Shown: one piece after another, positions 63,394-64,000 of the stretch
Numbering within the stretch: the stretch's first letter is position 1
How the letters are laid out: each line of letters starts with the position of its first letter
Source of the DNA: an uncultured Candidatus Micrarchaeota archaeon
GTDB lineage: Archaea; Micrarchaeota; Micrarchaeia; Anstonellales; Bilamarchaeaceae
Assembly: GCA_963791815.1 (NCBI GenBank)
Contig: CAWBTT010000001.1
Span: forward strand, 41,720 to 105,719
DNA: 64,000 bases
Reading direction: 5' to 3'
Notes under the pieces: model-generated
Told to the model about the DNA's origin: nothing
The model's input: only the letters and a program-made list of their open reading frames with translations
The model's database searches: none
Program-made: the position numbers and the translations under genes

Positions 63394-64000
63394 ATGAAAG
63401 AGAAAAGAGTACTGCTGATATTTCCTGCAGCGCAGTCGCGCAGGCCGGTTTCGCTTGATCGGAATTTTCCACCAATAGGAATAACCAAGATTGCAACAGC
63501 GTTGAAAGAAAGGGAACCGCTCCTGGATGTTCAACTGGTTGATGAGGCATATCAGAGGATTCCGAAAATAAAAGAAGGGGATGTTGTCGGGATTAGCTGC
63601 ACGGCGCTCAACAGCAGAAGAAGCGCTGACATTGCCAGGTTGGCAAAACGTTCTGGAGCACAGGTGGTTGTTGGGGGGCCGCATGCAACCAACAGGGCAA
63701 GGCAGGCAGTTGAGGAGATTCCTGAAATAGATCAGGTAGTCAGAAAGCATGGGGAAGCTGCTTTTTGCGATATAATATTCAATTCCAATAAGGAGCAGAT
63801 TGTCAATGGAAAATCCGGAGATGCTCTTCCATTCCCGCTGCCCAACCTAAAGTTGTGGAAAAGCCTAGTCCCATATGAGCAGGTTTTTGACAAAAGTGCA
63901 TGGTCAGATGATTATATTGATGGATTTTTTCTTGAAACCCAAAGAGGCTGCAGCCAAAGCCCCAGATGCAGCTATTGTGTCCGCGGTCCAGATGGACTTA
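63394..64000 (+). CDS. B12-binding-domain radical SAM protein (5' part, runs off the window)
   Basis: Open frame from the ATG at 63394 to the window end; it is absent from the ORF track because no stop is reached. VLLIFPAA...PPIGITKIATAL and GISCTALN...VVVGGPHAT are B12-binding-domain-like, then ETQRGCSQSPRCSYC starts the radical SAM core. Confidence 0.7.
   Translation, partial: MKEKRVLLIFPAAQSRRPVSLDRNFPPIGITKIATALKEREPLLDVQLVDEAYQRIPKIKEGDVVGISCTALNSRRSADIARLAKRSGAQVVVGGPHATNRARQAVEEIPEIDQVVRKHGEAAFCDIIFNSNKEQIVNGKSGDALPFPLPNLKLWKSLVPYEQVFDKSAWSDDYIDGFFLETQRGCSQSPRCSYCVRGPDGL

Noticed and set aside
63373-63750. 125-aa minus-strand ORF at the window end
   Set aside because: The opposite strand carries an uninterrupted frame from 63394 to the window edge with B12-binding and radical SAM motifs. 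The minus ORF is its antisense shadow.

Overview
64-kb, very gene-dense (roughly 90% coding, about 75 genes) chromosomal segment of an uncultivated archaeon. Archaeal hallmarks are read directly from the translations: Alba, Hjc resolvase, aEF-1beta, the uS13-uS4-uS11-RpoD(Rpo3) block, isopentenyl phosphate kinase and a DPSL-type ferritin. Operon-internal genes carry GGTGAT/GGAGG Shine-Dalgarno motifs. First genes of units sit about 25-30 nt behind A/T-rich TATA-like boxes, so they look leaderless. Main themes: (1) Isoprenoid metabolism: a class II HMG-CoA reductase, mevalonate kinase, and a tight cluster for the archaeal-type mevalonate route (IPK, UbiX, UbiD-like decarboxylase, aconitase-X large and small subunits). 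(2) A crtI-crtYc-crtYd-GT2 carotenoid operon lies next to a locus with two SPASM/twitch-type radical SAM enzymes, a stand-alone MprF-C-terminal-like (DUF2156) aminoacyl-transferase domain and an SD-preceded 25-codon ORF. This locus is my best candidate for an undescribed tailoring system. (3) A large secretome: two tandem giant beta-helix surface proteins (1691 and 1063 aa), plus lytic-transglycosylase-like, Kazal-like/Cys-rich, metzincin-like, beta-propeller and spondin-like proteins, many with lipobox-like signal peptides. (4) Three tRNAs. tRNA-Thr(GGU) is interrupted by a 39-nt intron in the T-loop. tRNA-Leu(GAG) is preceded by a hairpin carrying a 14-nt copy of its own 5' end. Two genes are frame-disrupted: the PhoU-like tail of a Na/Pi cotransporter and a secreted protein. 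No CRISPR array, transposase, integrase or rRNA was seen. All functional calls rest on motif-level recognition of translated ORFs, not on database searches, so family names are hypotheses to confirm with HMM/BLAST.
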